Of a DNA stretch of 32,224 bases, positions 15,737-24,277 are shown one piece after another. A model generated the notes under the pieces. That model was not told the origin of the DNA. It did not search any database and saw only the letters and a program-made list of their open reading frames with translations. Both the position numbers and the translations under genes were made by a program. How positions within the stretch are numbered: position 1 is the stretch's first letter; every line of letters begins with the position of its first letter. Origin of the DNA: a virus (lineage: Duplodnaviria > Caudoviricetes); the IMG/VR virus record IMGVR_UViG_3300044932_000025, positions 1-32,224 of that record; one strand, 5' to 3'.

Positions 15737-18200
15737 GGCAATCGAGCATGATCCCATGCTCGACGTAGCGCTTTATTACCACGAAAAAGAAATTCCAGTT
15801 TTTCCTTGCCGGGCATGTGAAGGCGAGGAATTTGATCGGCGCACTGGTGAGTTCATCTCAATCGGCGCAAAAACGCCGCTTACATCCAATGGCTTCAAAG
15901 GTGCAACGTTAAACGAACGCATTGTTCGCGGTTTCTGGGAGCGAAACCCATCCGCGATTGTCGGCATTCCGACTGGCGAAAAGCTCGGCGCCTGGGTACT
16001 TGACGTCGATATTCATCAGGACGAGCACGGCAACACGATCGACGGTTTTGCTGCCCTCTCAGCTCTTGAGCAGAAATACGGCCCACTTCCAAAAACAGCC
16101 ACTGTTCGCACAGCAGGCGGCGGAGAACATCGATATTTCAGCCATGTTGCCGGCGTTCGCAATCGCGGTGCTCTCGGCGCTGGTCTCGATGTGCGAGGTG
16201 AGGGCGGCTATGTAATCGCCGCGGGAAGCGTGCTGAGCGACGGCCGCTCGTACACTTGGGTTGATCATGATAGCGACGGCTTGCCCGATATTGCGGACGC
16301 GCCAGACTGGTTGCTGGAGCTCGTTCTGCCGCGTTCGTACGAAAGCGCTTACACTGCGCCTCAATCAATATCGGGTCAAATCAATGACCGATACGTGGAA
16401 CGGGCCGTCGAGCTCGAACTTGCTGAGACCGCATCAATTTCCATGGGCGCAGGTCGAAACAAGGGGCTTAACAGGGCTGCGTTTTCCCTTGGCACATTTG
16501 TTGGCGCTGGTGCGTTAGATGAATCGGAAGCCTATGCTTTGCTGCAGGACGTCGCTCGTAGTTGGGGCCGTGACATTCCAAAAAGCTTTCAGACAATCAA
16601 AAACGGCATCAATGCAGGGAAGCTGAATCCCCGACATATCCCCGAAGCCACCGTTCATAACAACGACAACACGCCGCTCATGGACACCTCGCGATTGATT
16701 GCGAAGGGACTGGCAAAAAAAGTGGCCGAACCCGCTGAAACTGAAGAAGCTCAAAGTGTTGAACCGCTTGACATTTTTGCCGAGGCCAAGAGCCCATCTA
16801 TGCCGATAGGTGTATTCCCTTCGGTTATTGAAAAGTTTGCTGTCGCGCGCGCAGAACAAATGGGTGTCGATCCGGGCGGACTTGCTATGGCAGCGCTTAC
16901 TGTCTGCGCCGCAGCCATTCCAGACAACATCACTTTGAAAATGAAGCGCCATGAAAGCTGGAAGGAAAGCGCTCGCATCTGGACAATGGTTGTAGGCGAT
17001 CCATCAACGCGGAAATCTCCGCTGATAAGAGCCGCGAGTGCGGCGCTCATGGCAATCGAATCCGAGTTGCAGCGTGACTACCGCGATGCAATGCGGGAAT
17101 GGCTAGCGCTGGACAAGGATTCTAAAAAGGGCAAGTCCGAACCAATCGCCAAGCGCGTCTCTACAGAAGATGGTTCGACCGAAAAGGTCGGGGAAATCCT
17201 GTCCAATAACGAAGCAGGCCTTGCCCTGATTGATGACGAGTTGTCGGGCTGGTTCGCACGGATGGAAAAATATGCTGGGTCCAAAGGTGGCGCAGCTGAT
17301 CGTGCTTTTTGGCTGAAATCGTTTGGCGGCGGCCATCATATCGTTGACCGCGTTGGGCGCGGTACGATCTGGATTCCAAATATCTCGATCACGCTTTTGG
17401 GGGGTATCCAGCCCGATCCCTTGCGGAAAATTGCCAAGGATTTGACCGACGATGGCCTACTGCAGCGCATGTTTTGCATAATGCTGGAAACTGGCGGAGA
17501 TGATCGCGACGAACCTGCCACTTTGGATGAAAGTGTTTATGGGCATCTTGTCCGAAAGCTGTATCACCTTCGGACGTCCATGGCGGCAGGCTGGTGTTTC
17601 CGATTTTCTGATAAAGCACAAACATTTCGCAACGACTTGGCGCGGGAACATCGCCAGATGGAGAAACTATGGGAGCGGATCAATCGGCGCCTTGCTACGC
17701 ACATCGGGAAGTTCGACGGTCTTTTTGGTCGGCTTTGCGTCTTGCTGCATGTAATCAAGAATATAGACGGTGAACTTCCGAAGGAAGTAGATCTGGAGAC
17801 GGCGATGCAGGCCAGAACATTGTTGCATGACTATCTTTTGAAGCACGCAATTGCGCTGCATTTCAACGTTCTCGGAGCAACCGATATGCATGCTGCGATG
17901 GTTGATGCAGCCGGCTCCATTCTGACGAATGAAGCGCTGCACGATGTTATTTCAGCTCGTCTTCTGAATCGTCATGGAACCGCGACCCTCCGTGGGATGG
18001 ATGTTCCAGACCTTGAGCGGCTAATGCAACAGTTAGATGCATATAGCTGGATTGAGCCTTTGCCGATGGGACGAACGGAGCGCGCACCGAAGTATCAGGT
18101 CAATCCTCTTGTGCATGAAAGGTTTAAGGGGCTGACGGCGAAGATTGCGTCGGACCGTCGGCGAGTGCGAGAGGCTATGAGAAGATTCCAGAAAACTTAA
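15711..18200 (+). CDS. Bifunctional primase/polymerase (Prim-Pol) fused to a DUF3987/YfjI-like NTPase
   Basis: VFPC...KTPLT.NGFKGAT...IGIPTG-like...VLDVD...TAGGGEHRYF...DVRGEGGYVIA; C-terminal VGDPSTRKSP (Walker A-like), DELSGW, LGGIQP, DDGLLQR. Confidence 0.9.
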   Translation: MPMSASLPKAIEHDPMLDVALYYHEKEIPVFPCRACEGEEFDRRTGEFISIGAKTPLTSNGFKGATLNERIVRGFWERNPSAIVGIPTGEKLGAWVLDVDIHQDEHGNTIDGFAALSALEQKYGPLPKTATVRTAGGGEHRYFSHVAGVRNRGALGAGLDVRGEGGYVIAAGSVLSDGRSYTWVDHDSDGLPDIADAPDWLLELVLPRSYESAYTAPQSISGQINDRYVERAVELELAETASISMGAGRNKGLNRAAFSLGTFVGAGALDESEAYALLQDVARSWGRDIPKSFQTIKNGINAGKLNPRHIPEATVHNNDNTPLMDTSRLIAKGLAKKVAEPAETEEAQSVEPLDIFAEAKSPSMPIGVFPSVIEKFAVARAEQMGVDPGGLAMAALTVCAAAIPDNITLKMKRHESWKESARIWTMVVGDPSTRKSPLIRAASAALMAIESELQRDYRDAMREWLALDKDSKKGKSEPIAKRVSTEDGSTEKVGEILSNNEAGLALIDDELSGWFARMEKYAGSKGGAADRAFWLKSFGGGHHIVDRVGRGTIWIPNISITLLGGIQPDPLRKIAKDLTDDGLLQRMFCIMLETGGDDRDEPATLDESVYGHLVRKLYHLRTSMAAGWCFRFSDKAQTFRNDLAREHRQMEKLWERINRRLATHIGKFDGLFGRLCVLLHVIKNIDGELPKEVDLETAMQARTLLHDYLLKHAIALHFNVLGATDMHAAMVDAAGSILTNEALHDVISARLLNRHGTATLRGMDVPDLERLMQQLDAYSWIEPLPMGRTERAPKYQVNPLVHERFKGLTAKIASDRRRVREAMRRFQKT

Positions 18201-18362
18201 ATGTCGCGACTTGTCGCAATGTGACAGCATGTGACAAACAACGATGTTTGTCACGTTTGTCACGTACACGCAGGAAAGAATATTTTTTATATCTCTTTCT
18301 TATTATTTGGGGTTGGTTTTGCGGATTTATACGCGCGTGTGTACGTGACAACCCGCGACAAA
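18201..18362. promoter_or_regulatory. Candidate phage replication origin (iterons flanking an AT-rich core)
   Basis: Eight TGTC(A/G)C hexamers in both orientations; perfect 13-bp IR 18257-18269 / 18339-18351; AT-rich stretch 18275-18308. Confidence 0.65.
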
Positions 18363-18435
18363 CTTTCAGCATCATAAAAACCTCAAGTAAACCACCACCA
18401 CCGGCCCACCAAGCCAACCAACACGAGGAAGACAA

Positions 18436-18975
18436 ATGACGAACATTGAGAAAAACATCGCCGCAGGTCTGATCGGAGTTTCAGACTTCGAGCAACTGGA
18501 ACTGCGCACCGCCACAGAAAAATGGTCAAAAGACAAAGACCGCCCAACGGTCGAATTCCAGAACCTCGCTGAGATGGCCTTCATCAAGGGCAGTCCGTTG
18601 AACGACCTCCCTTGCGGTCCTTCCTTCAGTACGGCTGCAAATTCCAAAGCTTGGATCAGTGCAGCACTCTTGGGGGCAATGTATCAAATTCGGGCTGCAT
18701 ATCATCGCCGGAATAACGATACCGCAACGCTTGATCGTATGCGCATGATGCGGGACGAGATTGCGCGCCTGACAATATCAGCCCGTGCAGCTTGGCGTGC
18801 GTCCGACATGAAGGTGCCATTCCGAGAGCCACTTCGTTTTAAAACGAGTGCCTACACACCCGAGCCGGTTGAAGGTGAGGTTCGGCAGCCAACAACGACT
18901 GGTCGTCGCATGAGCTGGGATCAGTTCGAAAAGCTGACAGGACGCAAGCGTCCAGGATCGGAGGCGTCAGTATGA
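18436..18975 (+). CDS. Phage hypothetical protein
   Basis: 179 aa; SD GAGGA. Confidence 0.75.
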   Translation: MTNIEKNIAAGLIGVSDFEQLELRTATEKWSKDKDRPTVEFQNLAEMAFIKGSPLNDLPCGPSFSTAANSKAWISAALLGAMYQIRAAYHRRNNDTATLDRMRMMRDEIARLTISARAAWRASDMKVPFREPLRFKTSAYTPEPVEGEVRQPTTTGRRMSWDQFEKLTGRKRPGSEASV

Positions 18976-19199
18976 CTGAACGAGCATACACAGTTTCGGA
19001 ATTAGACGCGCTTCGTTCTGCGGTTGAATATAAGTGGCTGTTTGGCAGCTACACACCGCAAAGGCATGAAAGTGGCATAACGTTTGGTCGCTCTTACAAG
19101 GAAAGTGAGAAAGCAGCATGTGTTGAGGAGTTGGTGCGCACTCACATGATGGCTGGTCATATCGCTGAAGACCTCTATGCCTCGGAGGTATCCGCATGA
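18972..19199 (+). CDS. Phage hypothetical protein
   Basis: 75 aa; ATGA-coupled on both sides. Confidence 0.75.
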   Translation: MTERAYTVSELDALRSAVEYKWLFGSYTPQRHESGITFGRSYKESEKAACVEELVRTHMMAGHIAEDLYASEVSA

Positions 19200-20314
19200 A
19201 GGCTGACAACGACAACGCTCCTATTTTCGAACACACAGGCGCACCCACTAATATTTTTGCCGTGCCTGCAACTCCTGTCAGCAACCCCTATCGTACGAAT
19301 GTAAAATGGCTACGTGATCAATCAGGAAATCTCATTCGCGACGAGGATGGGTTGCCAGTGCGGGAACCTCGCAAGGTGACGCGCAGGGCATCTGTCGTTG
19401 ATCCTCGCAAGGAAGCTTGGATCGCTTTGATTGCCGGAACGGATAACAAATACAAAATTGCAAAAACGCTATTGGAGGGGAAAGTTATGCCGGAACATAC
19501 GCCAGCAGAACGCGCATTGATGCAGGCCAAGGCGGAGCACGCACGGGCACTTCGCGACGGTCAGATTATTGCTGCTGTTGAGCGTATCAACAAGCGGCAT
19601 GCACATCTCGCTGAATCTGCTGCAAATGATAATTTGCAAGGATGGGAACTCCTACGTCAGCTTCGCCGGGAGAAACGCCACGATGATGTGGAAGCCGTCG
19701 AGTTTTACCGTGGCTTGTGCAGCTTGATAGCGTCGCAACCTTTGCGGGGCATCGATTATGGGTATGATGCCAGTGCGGTGAAGGAGTACGCATCCGATAC
19801 GATGACCACCGACGACATCGACGACGCTGCTGCCAAGAACTGGCCAACGAATTTCATCCCGGGTGGCGAAATACGATACGGGAGTGTGCGAAAGCGCAGT
19901 AGGTCCGATCTTGATTGGGTACATCAACCGAAACGCGCCATGGCTGCCGACGACGACACCAAGGCCAAAGAACGGCCTTTTGCTGTGAAGTTCAACGAGA
20001 ACATCATGATTGCAAAGATTGATATGCGCCCCATTCTGGTGGAGTTGCGTGCGGCCTTGGGTGTAGGTCTGGCGCCGTTCGAAGATGCGGTTCTCGGTGG
20101 GAAAACATTGACCGAGATCGGCGAAGCTCGTGGCTTCAACGGCAAACAAGCGTCTGCGGCTGGGAAGGCGTTGATCAATGCTGCAATCAATGGGCTGCGG
20201 GAAACGTGGGATCGCATCAAGAGCCGACAGCGTAAGGAAGCACGCCAGGCCATCACGAACATTAATCGAGCCAAAGCTCGTCTCGAACGACAGAAGCTCC
20301 GCCTCGCTGCGTGA
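19196..20314 (+). CDS. Phage protein with C-terminal HTH-like region, possible late-gene regulator
   Basis: 372 aa; AVLGGKTLTEIGEARG...ASAAGKALI resembles a sigma region-4-like HTH; last gene before the late region. Confidence 0.55.
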   Translation: MKADNDNAPIFEHTGAPTNIFAVPATPVSNPYRTNVKWLRDQSGNLIRDEDGLPVREPRKVTRRASVVDPRKEAWIALIAGTDNKYKIAKTLLEGKVMPEHTPAERALMQAKAEHARALRDGQIIAAVERINKRHAHLAESAANDNLQGWELLRQLRREKRHDDVEAVEFYRGLCSLIASQPLRGIDYGYDASAVKEYASDTMTTDDIDDAAAKNWPTNFIPGGEIRYGSVRKRSRSDLDWVHQPKRAMAADDDTKAKERPFAVKFNENIMIAKIDMRPILVELRAALGVGLAPFEDAVLGGKTLTEIGEARGFNGKQASAAGKALINAAINGLRETWDRIKSRQRKEARQAITNINRAKARLERQKLRLAA

Positions 20315-20368
20315 GGTGTACCTCAAACCCTCTCCCATTCGTAATGGGGAGAAGAGAATAACAAAACT

Positions 20369-20400
20369 AAGCCCGGTCATTGCGCCGGGCTTTCTCTATT
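20369..20400 (+). terminator. Intrinsic terminator-like hairpin
   Basis: AAGCCCGG/CCGGGCTT followed by TCTCTATT. Confidence 0.55.
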
Positions 20401-20524
20401 TCTGAGATCGTCGCGGGTTGCTCACGACCCGCGACGGTACGCTGCTGGGAGTTGTCTCCTCCTCCTCTGCTAGCAGCAAAGAGCCGGTGCAGCGCGATGG
20501 TCCGCGCTCCCGGCTACTTATTCT

Positions 20525-20602
20525 CAGGGTGTAGCTTAGCATGGCCTAAAGCCCCGGCCTTGGGAGCCGGTATCGCAGGTTCAAATCCTGTCACCTTGAC
20601 CA
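20525..20602 (+). tRNA. tRNA-Pro(TGG), phage-encoded
   Basis: Acceptor CAGGGTG/CACCTTG, anticodon arm CCGGC-CTTGGGA-GCCGG, TTCAAAT T-loop, encoded CCA. Confidence 0.9.
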
Positions 20603-20607
20603 GTTTT

Positions 20608-20684
<77 letters not shown>

Positions 20685-20716
20685 AACAGCGGCCAGATCA
20701 AACGGTCGGAAGCCTA

Positions 20717-21253
20717 TTAAGCGACGGGCTCCGGACGCTGGTTCGCTACTTCAATACCAAGTGTCTTTTCAGCGTCTTTCAGATGATCGGTAACATCATT
20801 TGCTTCTGGCTCATTCCAAATACTGTCTCTCAATGTGATGAAGCATCCATTTACGTGAGATTGTTTCGACATAAGTCTCAACACGCAGGAATGAGGAATG
20901 ATGATGGCGCGACTAACTTTGTAGTCCTTGTTGAATAGAACAGCTGCCAGATAATCGAAATTAACCTGTTCAATATTGCGCATGGTGCCCAGTCGACGCT
21001 CGCTCGCTGATCCATTCACGATACGTCTAGATTTTATTTGAAACTTATCGCCAGCGTGATTGAGTGCATCGTATCCAGCTTTTGAATTTGTTTCTAATGT
21101 CCAGTCGAATGCTAGTGAGAACAGGAACTCTGCGTAATCCCCTGTTGGATTATTAGAGCTTCGTGTTGCTTGCCTGCTCTTCAGTTCATCGAGCACAAGC
21201 GAATGGCAGTTCAACAAATCTGCTATCGATAGGTTCTTCAGTTCGATCATCAC
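20717..21253 (-). CDS. Putative PD-(D/E)XK restriction-endonuclease-like protein, moron
   Basis: NNPTGDYAE...GYDA...FQIKSRR...FDYLAAVLF pattern; AT-rich; opposite strand to the late genes. Confidence 0.65.
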   Translation of the reverse strand: MMIELKNLSIADLLNCHSLVLDELKSRQATRSSNNPTGDYAEFLFSLAFDWTLETNSKAGYDALNHAGDKFQIKSRRIVNGSASERRLGTMRNIEQVNFDYLAAVLFNKDYKVSRAIIIPHSCVLRLMSKQSHVNGCFITLRDSIWNEPEANDVTDHLKDAEKTLGIEVANQRPEPVA

Positions 21254-21345
21254 ACTTCCCCCAAATGTTTCCCACCCACTTAACAGCGTGTCTTAATTGC
21301 CGGCTTCGTCAGTTGCAACTGTGCTTCGACCATTAGGAGAAGATC

Positions 21346-21591
21346 ATGGACTCACGGTTAGAAGATCTGCAGCGTCGCATTGACGCCAGCGTAAAGAGGC
21401 TCGGCGTACGAGCGAATTTTGAGCGAGCAGTAGAGGAAACATCGCGAGTAGATGCTTTCTTGAATAGAGGCAGGCTTGCAGCGCAGGCCAAAGCCAGTCA
21501 GGAACTACGGCAAGCTCGTCTGCTTGCGACATGCATCGCTGATGAGTTCGAGAGACGAGGTTTGTCAATAAATGCTCGACCAGCGCACTGA
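21346..21591 (+). CDS. Phage hypothetical protein
   Basis: 81 aa; SD AGGAG. Confidence 0.6.
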   Translation: MDSRLEDLQRRIDASVKRLGVRANFERAVEETSRVDAFLNRGRLAAQAKASQELRQARLLATCIADEFERRGLSINARPAH

Positions 21592-21877
21592 TGCGGCCCG
21601 CGCGTACCACAAGCTATATAAGACGGCGCGATGGAAACGGATACGGGAAGCTCAGCTGCAAATGCAGCCGCTCTGCGAATATTGCCTACAGTCTGAAGTG
21701 ATCGAACCGGCGACGGTGGTTCACCACTCTGAAGGCGGGCATAAGGGCAACGAAAAAAAGTTCTGGAACGGCCCGTTCGCTTCGCTTTGCAAGGCCTGTC
21801 ACGACCGTGACGGCCAGCGTGAAGATCTTGGTCAAACCATCATCAGATTCGACACATCTGGGTGGCCGATCGGGTGA
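21572..21877 (+). CDS. HNH endonuclease (terminase-associated, HK97 gp74-like)
   Basis: PLCEYC...ATVVHH...SLCKACHD; immediately before terS. Confidence 0.88.
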   Translation: MLDQRTDAARAYHKLYKTARWKRIREAQLQMQPLCEYCLQSEVIEPATVVHHSEGGHKGNEKKFWNGPFASLCKACHDRDGQREDLGQTIIRFDTSGWPIG

Positions 21878-22039
21878 TCAACACCCCCGGGGGGTGGTCG
21901 CCGACCGAAAGGGGCGATCCTGCTGGGTATCGGCGTCGGGCAAGAACGCACGCAAAACCAATTGAAAATATGACCCTGATTTTCGCCGGAGCGCTGCTCG
22001 ACGGCTGGCTACATTTTACACAGAACCTGTGAGGATTCA
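21878..22039. other. Probable cos / packaging-initiation region
   Basis: Non-coding gap between HNH and terS with near-palindrome CACCCCCGGGGGGTG (21882-21896); position typical of HK97-like cos phages. Confidence 0.5.
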
Positions 22040-22429
22040 ATGGCACGACCGCGGAATCCCCTCGCCAAAGCGAAGGCGGAGGGGAGAGATAAAACACATC
22101 CCACCCGCTTCAAAGATCGCAAGGACGTTAAAGCTGATGGCCCGCTCGGTAATCCTCCCACCTGGTTGAAGGATACTCCAGAGAGTAAAGCCAAGGCGGC
22201 TTGGAAGCTGTTTGAAAAAGAACTGCCGTGGCTGAACCAGTCACACCGCACGCTGGTCGGAATGGCTGCCAATATTCAGGGCCGCATCATGGCTGGTGAG
22301 GATGTTGGCGTTCAAAAAATGAACTTGCTTCGTCAGATGCTTGGCCAGATGGGTGCAACGCCTGCGGACGCATCGAAAGTTGCAATACCTGACGACGGTG
22401 ATGAAAAGGACGATCTTGTAGATGAGTGA
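22040..22429 (+). CDS. terS: Terminase small subunit
   Basis: MARPRNP...PPTWL...AWK...MGATPADASKV (P27-like); overlaps terL. Confidence 0.85.
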   Translation: MARPRNPLAKAKAEGRDKTHPTRFKDRKDVKADGPLGNPPTWLKDTPESKAKAAWKLFEKELPWLNQSHRTLVGMAANIQGRIMAGEDVGVQKMNLLRQMLGQMGATPADASKVAIPDDGDEKDDLVDE

Positions 22430-24269
22430 TACACCTGCGCTTGAGCGTGTGAGCGCTTACGCGCAAGCTGTCCTTGACGGCACCGAGATTGCGGGACCGC
22501 ATGTCCGAAACGCCTGCCAACGACATTTCGATGATCTGGCGACAGCGCATGAACGCGGGATTTACTGGAACGATGCGAAAGCTCACCGTGCCATGCGGTT
22601 CTTCGAAGAGCGGCTGAAGCTTAACGATGGCCAGTTTGATGGGAAGCCGTTCAAGCTGCATCCATCGCAGGCTTTCAAACTCGGTTCGCTGTTCGGCTGG
22701 GAGCGCGAGAACGGAAAACGCCGATTTCGTCGTGCTTACATCGAGGAAGGCAAGGGAAACGGCAAATCACCGTTCGCGGGCGGTCTTGGCTTGTTTGGCT
22801 TGATGGCCGATGGCGAGGCAGGTTCTCAGGTCTACGCTGCGGGTGCGAAGAAAGAGCAAGCACAAATCCTATTTCAAGACGCTGTGAAAATGGCCCGTGC
22901 GGCACCTAAGCTTGCGGGACGTCTGAAGTTCAGCGGCGGGATCGGCAAAGAGTTCAATATCGCTTTCCACGAAAAGCAATCGTTCTTCCGACCGATATCG
23001 AAAGACGCCGGCAAAACAGGTTCAGGTCCACGACCTCATTTCGCTCTGCTCGATGAACTGCATGAACATCCTGATCGTTCAGTCGGTGAGATGCTGGAGC
23101 GTGGTTTTAAGTTTCGCCAGCAACCACTGCTTTTCATGATCACAAACTCGGGCAGTGACCGCAATTCCTTTTGCTGGGAAGAGCATGAACATGCCGTTCG
23201 CGTGGTTGCGGGCACGAAGACGCCAGATGATGATTTCATCTATGTAGGCGAAGTCATCGACGATACAACGTTTGCGTACGTTTGTGCGCTCGATAAAGAC
23301 GATGACCCGCTCGAAGATCCGACTTGCTGGAAAAAAGCTAACCCGCTTCTCGGTACGATCTTGACTGAAGAATACTTGGCCGAGGTGGTGGCGCAGGCGA
23401 AGCAAATCCCCGGCAAGCTGAACGGGATTTTGCGCTTGCATTTCTGCGTGTGGACATCAGCTGATAAGGCCTGGATGCCGCGTGATACTGTTGAAGCCGT
23501 CATGGACGATTTCGAGCCGATCGATGAACACGCCGGAAAGCAGCTATTTTTATCGGTAGATCTTTCAGCCGCTCGAGACATGACAGCATTGGCGTGCGCG
23601 GTCAAAACCGGCACAAAGTCGATGGACCGTGAGGATGGCTCAACGATCGAACTGCCTACCTTCGATATGTGGATCGAAGCCTGGACGCCTGCAGATACTT
23701 TAAAAGCTCGAGCTCTTGCTGATAAAGCTCCTTACGATGTCTGGGTTGATCAAGGCTGGCTAAGCGCCTCGCCTGGAAGCCGCATCCGCTTCGATTTCGT
23801 TGCGCAGCGAGTGGCTCAGCTTACGCAAGATTTCGACGTTCAGGGCATCGCTTATGATCCCTACGCTTATGACAAGTTTCGTGAGGAGCTTGATGCAATC
23901 GGCGTCGAAGTTGAGCAAATACCCCACCCGCAGGGCGGAAAACGTCGATCAAAGGCCAGCGAAAAGAAAATCGAAGCTGCAAAGGCTGCTGGCCTTCCAG
24001 AGCCGCAAGGCTTGTGGATGCCGGGATCGGTCACCGAATTGGAAAACGCCATTATCGACGGCCGCGTTCGGCTTCGGCGAAACCCGGTGTTGATGACAGC
24101 TTTGATGGGCGCCACGTTTGATCGTGATCCACTCGATAACCGCTGGTTCGTCAAAACCAAAGCTTCGGTTCGCATCGACGCTGCCGTCGCTTTGGCGATG
24201 GTGACGGGATTTGCGGCTGACACACCACTCGAAAAGCCGAAGCGAAAGCCAAGGCTCTTCATGGTTTAG
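22422..24269 (+). CDS. terL: Terminase large subunit
   Basis: RRFRRAYIEEGKGNGKS Walker A, LLDELHEH Walker B, VDLS and RIDAAVA nuclease motifs. Confidence 0.96.
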   Translation: MSDTPALERVSAYAQAVLDGTEIAGPHVRNACQRHFDDLATAHERGIYWNDAKAHRAMRFFEERLKLNDGQFDGKPFKLHPSQAFKLGSLFGWERENGKRRFRRAYIEEGKGNGKSPFAGGLGLFGLMADGEAGSQVYAAGAKKEQAQILFQDAVKMARAAPKLAGRLKFSGGIGKEFNIAFHEKQSFFRPISKDAGKTGSGPRPHFALLDELHEHPDRSVGEMLERGFKFRQQPLLFMITNSGSDRNSFCWEEHEHAVRVVAGTKTPDDDFIYVGEVIDDTTFAYVCALDKDDDPLEDPTCWKKANPLLGTILTEEYLAEVVAQAKQIPGKLNGILRLHFCVWTSADKAWMPRDTVEAVMDDFEPIDEHAGKQLFLSVDLSAARDMTALACAVKTGTKSMDREDGSTIELPTFDMWIEAWTPADTLKARALADKAPYDVWVDQGWLSASPGSRIRFDFVAQRVAQLTQDFDVQGIAYDPYAYDKFREELDAIGVEVEQIPHPQGGKRRSKASEKKIEAAKAAGLPEPQGLWMPGSVTELENAIIDGRVRLRRNPVLMTALMGATFDRDPLDNRWFVKTKASVRIDAAVALAMVTGFAADTPLEKPKRKPRLFMV

Positions 24270-24277
24270 GAAAACCA

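Noticed and set aside
18221-18439. Short ORFs on both strands across the post-primase gap
   Set aside because: They overlap the iteron and AT-rich region, have no RBS, and are better explained as the origin.
19196-19640. ADNDN/AANDN peptide motifs (also AANQN in the AlpA protein)
   Set aside because: A recurring low-complexity motif that I recall in rhizobial phage proteins; no supportable function from sequence alone.
20336-20346. ATTCGTAATG matching the anticodon-loop end of the att core, inside a small hairpin
   Set aside because: Only 10 bp, noticed post hoc, with no arm repeats nearby; not enough to call a secondary att site.
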